Source: Mytilus californianus (taxonomy: Eukaryota). Taken from it: a DNA stretch of 64,000 nucleotides. Positions 63,396-64,000 of the stretch are shown here, piece after piece (the first letter of the stretch is position 1; each line of letters starts with the position of its first letter). The translations under genes were made by a program, and so were the position numbers. Location of the stretch: the NCBI RefSeq assembly GCF_021869535.1, contig NW_026262670.1, positions 5,394,001 through 5,458,000 of the forward strand, read 5' to 3'. The notes below the pieces were generated by a model, which did no database searches, had not been told where the DNA came from, and saw only the letters and a list, made by a program, of their open reading frames with translations.

Positions 63396-63554
63396 AAGGC
63401 ATGCGATAATAAAAGAAAGCAGTTAAATACATTTTTCATAATAACCGGCTCAGGACCAATTTAGAAAATATGGATTTTACAAAAACTTAATGCTTTTATC
63501 ACATTGTAGAAATTATGTTATTAACTCTTAAGTATATGATAAAGAGAGGGTTTT

Positions 63555-63630
63555 TTTGCCATGGCGTTGTCGGTTTGTTTTCGAATTATGAGTATGAATG
63601 TCCCTTTGGTATATTTCGCCTCTCTCTTTA
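63555..63630. mobile_element. Interspersed repeat fragment (Mytilus SINE-like)
   Basis: CCATGGCGTTGTCGGTTTGTTTTCGAATTATGAGTATGAATGTCCCTTTGGTATATTTCGCCTCTC resembles a common mussel repeat as I recall it (unchecked). Confidence 0.4.
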
Positions 63631-63824
63631 AAAATGAACGATAAGCGATTAGGAGGGATACAATGAGCAAACTATAAAAGGCCCCAATATAACATTTCTA
63701 ATTAAAATATAGATCTCTAATTTCGGTATGCTCATATGACCGAGTTACGATAGATCTAAATTTTGTCTAACTTTTGTTGAAACGGCCTAATTTATGTACA
63801 AAAAATGAACGAAAAACAAATATG

Positions 63825-64000
63825 TAACACAACAAACGACAACCACTGAATTACAGGCTCCTGACTTGGGACAGGCACATACAGAATGTGGCGGGGTTAA
63901 ACTAGTTTGAAGGCGCCAACCCTCCCCTAACCTGGGACATTGGTGTAACAGTACAACATAAAAACAAAATATAACAATCAGTTGAAAAAAGTCTTAACTC
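63825..64000. mobile_element. Interspersed repeat fragment (bivalve SINE-like), continuing beyond the window
   Basis: ACAAACGACAAACCACTGAATTACAGGCTCCTGACTTGGGACAGGCACATACAGAATGTGGCGGGGTTAAAC...CCAACCCTCCCCTAACCTGGGAC resembles a highly abundant Mytilus repeat as I recall it (unchecked). Confidence 0.55.

Noticed and set aside
63710-63758. Imperfect 49-nt hairpin bounded by AGATCT palindromes
   Set aside because: Too short and bulged for a pre-miRNA; lies among repeat fragments.

Overview
Eukaryotic, AT-rich DNA, most likely a mytilid mussel (Mytilus-like), judged from the H1 protein and recognisable interspersed repeats. Four parts: (1) 1-14025, a near-perfect 1692-bp tandem repeat made of a 1239-bp unit plus a 449-bp TIR MITE, with one empty-site unit at the window start; (2) 14026-61495, a tandem array of ~4.5-kb units, each carrying one intronless linker histone H1 gene on the minus strand (9 copies visible, no core histones), split by a 100-N gap into two sequence-variant blocks; (3) an apparently full-length CR1/L2-group LINE (18632-28165) inserted 146 bp upstream of the first H1 ATG, whose ORF2 is interrupted after codon 37 by a Helentron/HINE-like element carrying a 134-bp higher-order tandem repeat; (4) 61496-64000, a second MITE, minisatellites and interspersed-repeat fragments. 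Most short ORFs in the supplied track are spurious. The most unusual observations are the MITE terminus forming the exact satellite/H1 boundary, the clustering of three breakpoints in the H1 promoter, the reconstructable LINE ORF2, and a duplicated ~70-nt stem motif with compensatory changes in the LINE 3' UTR.
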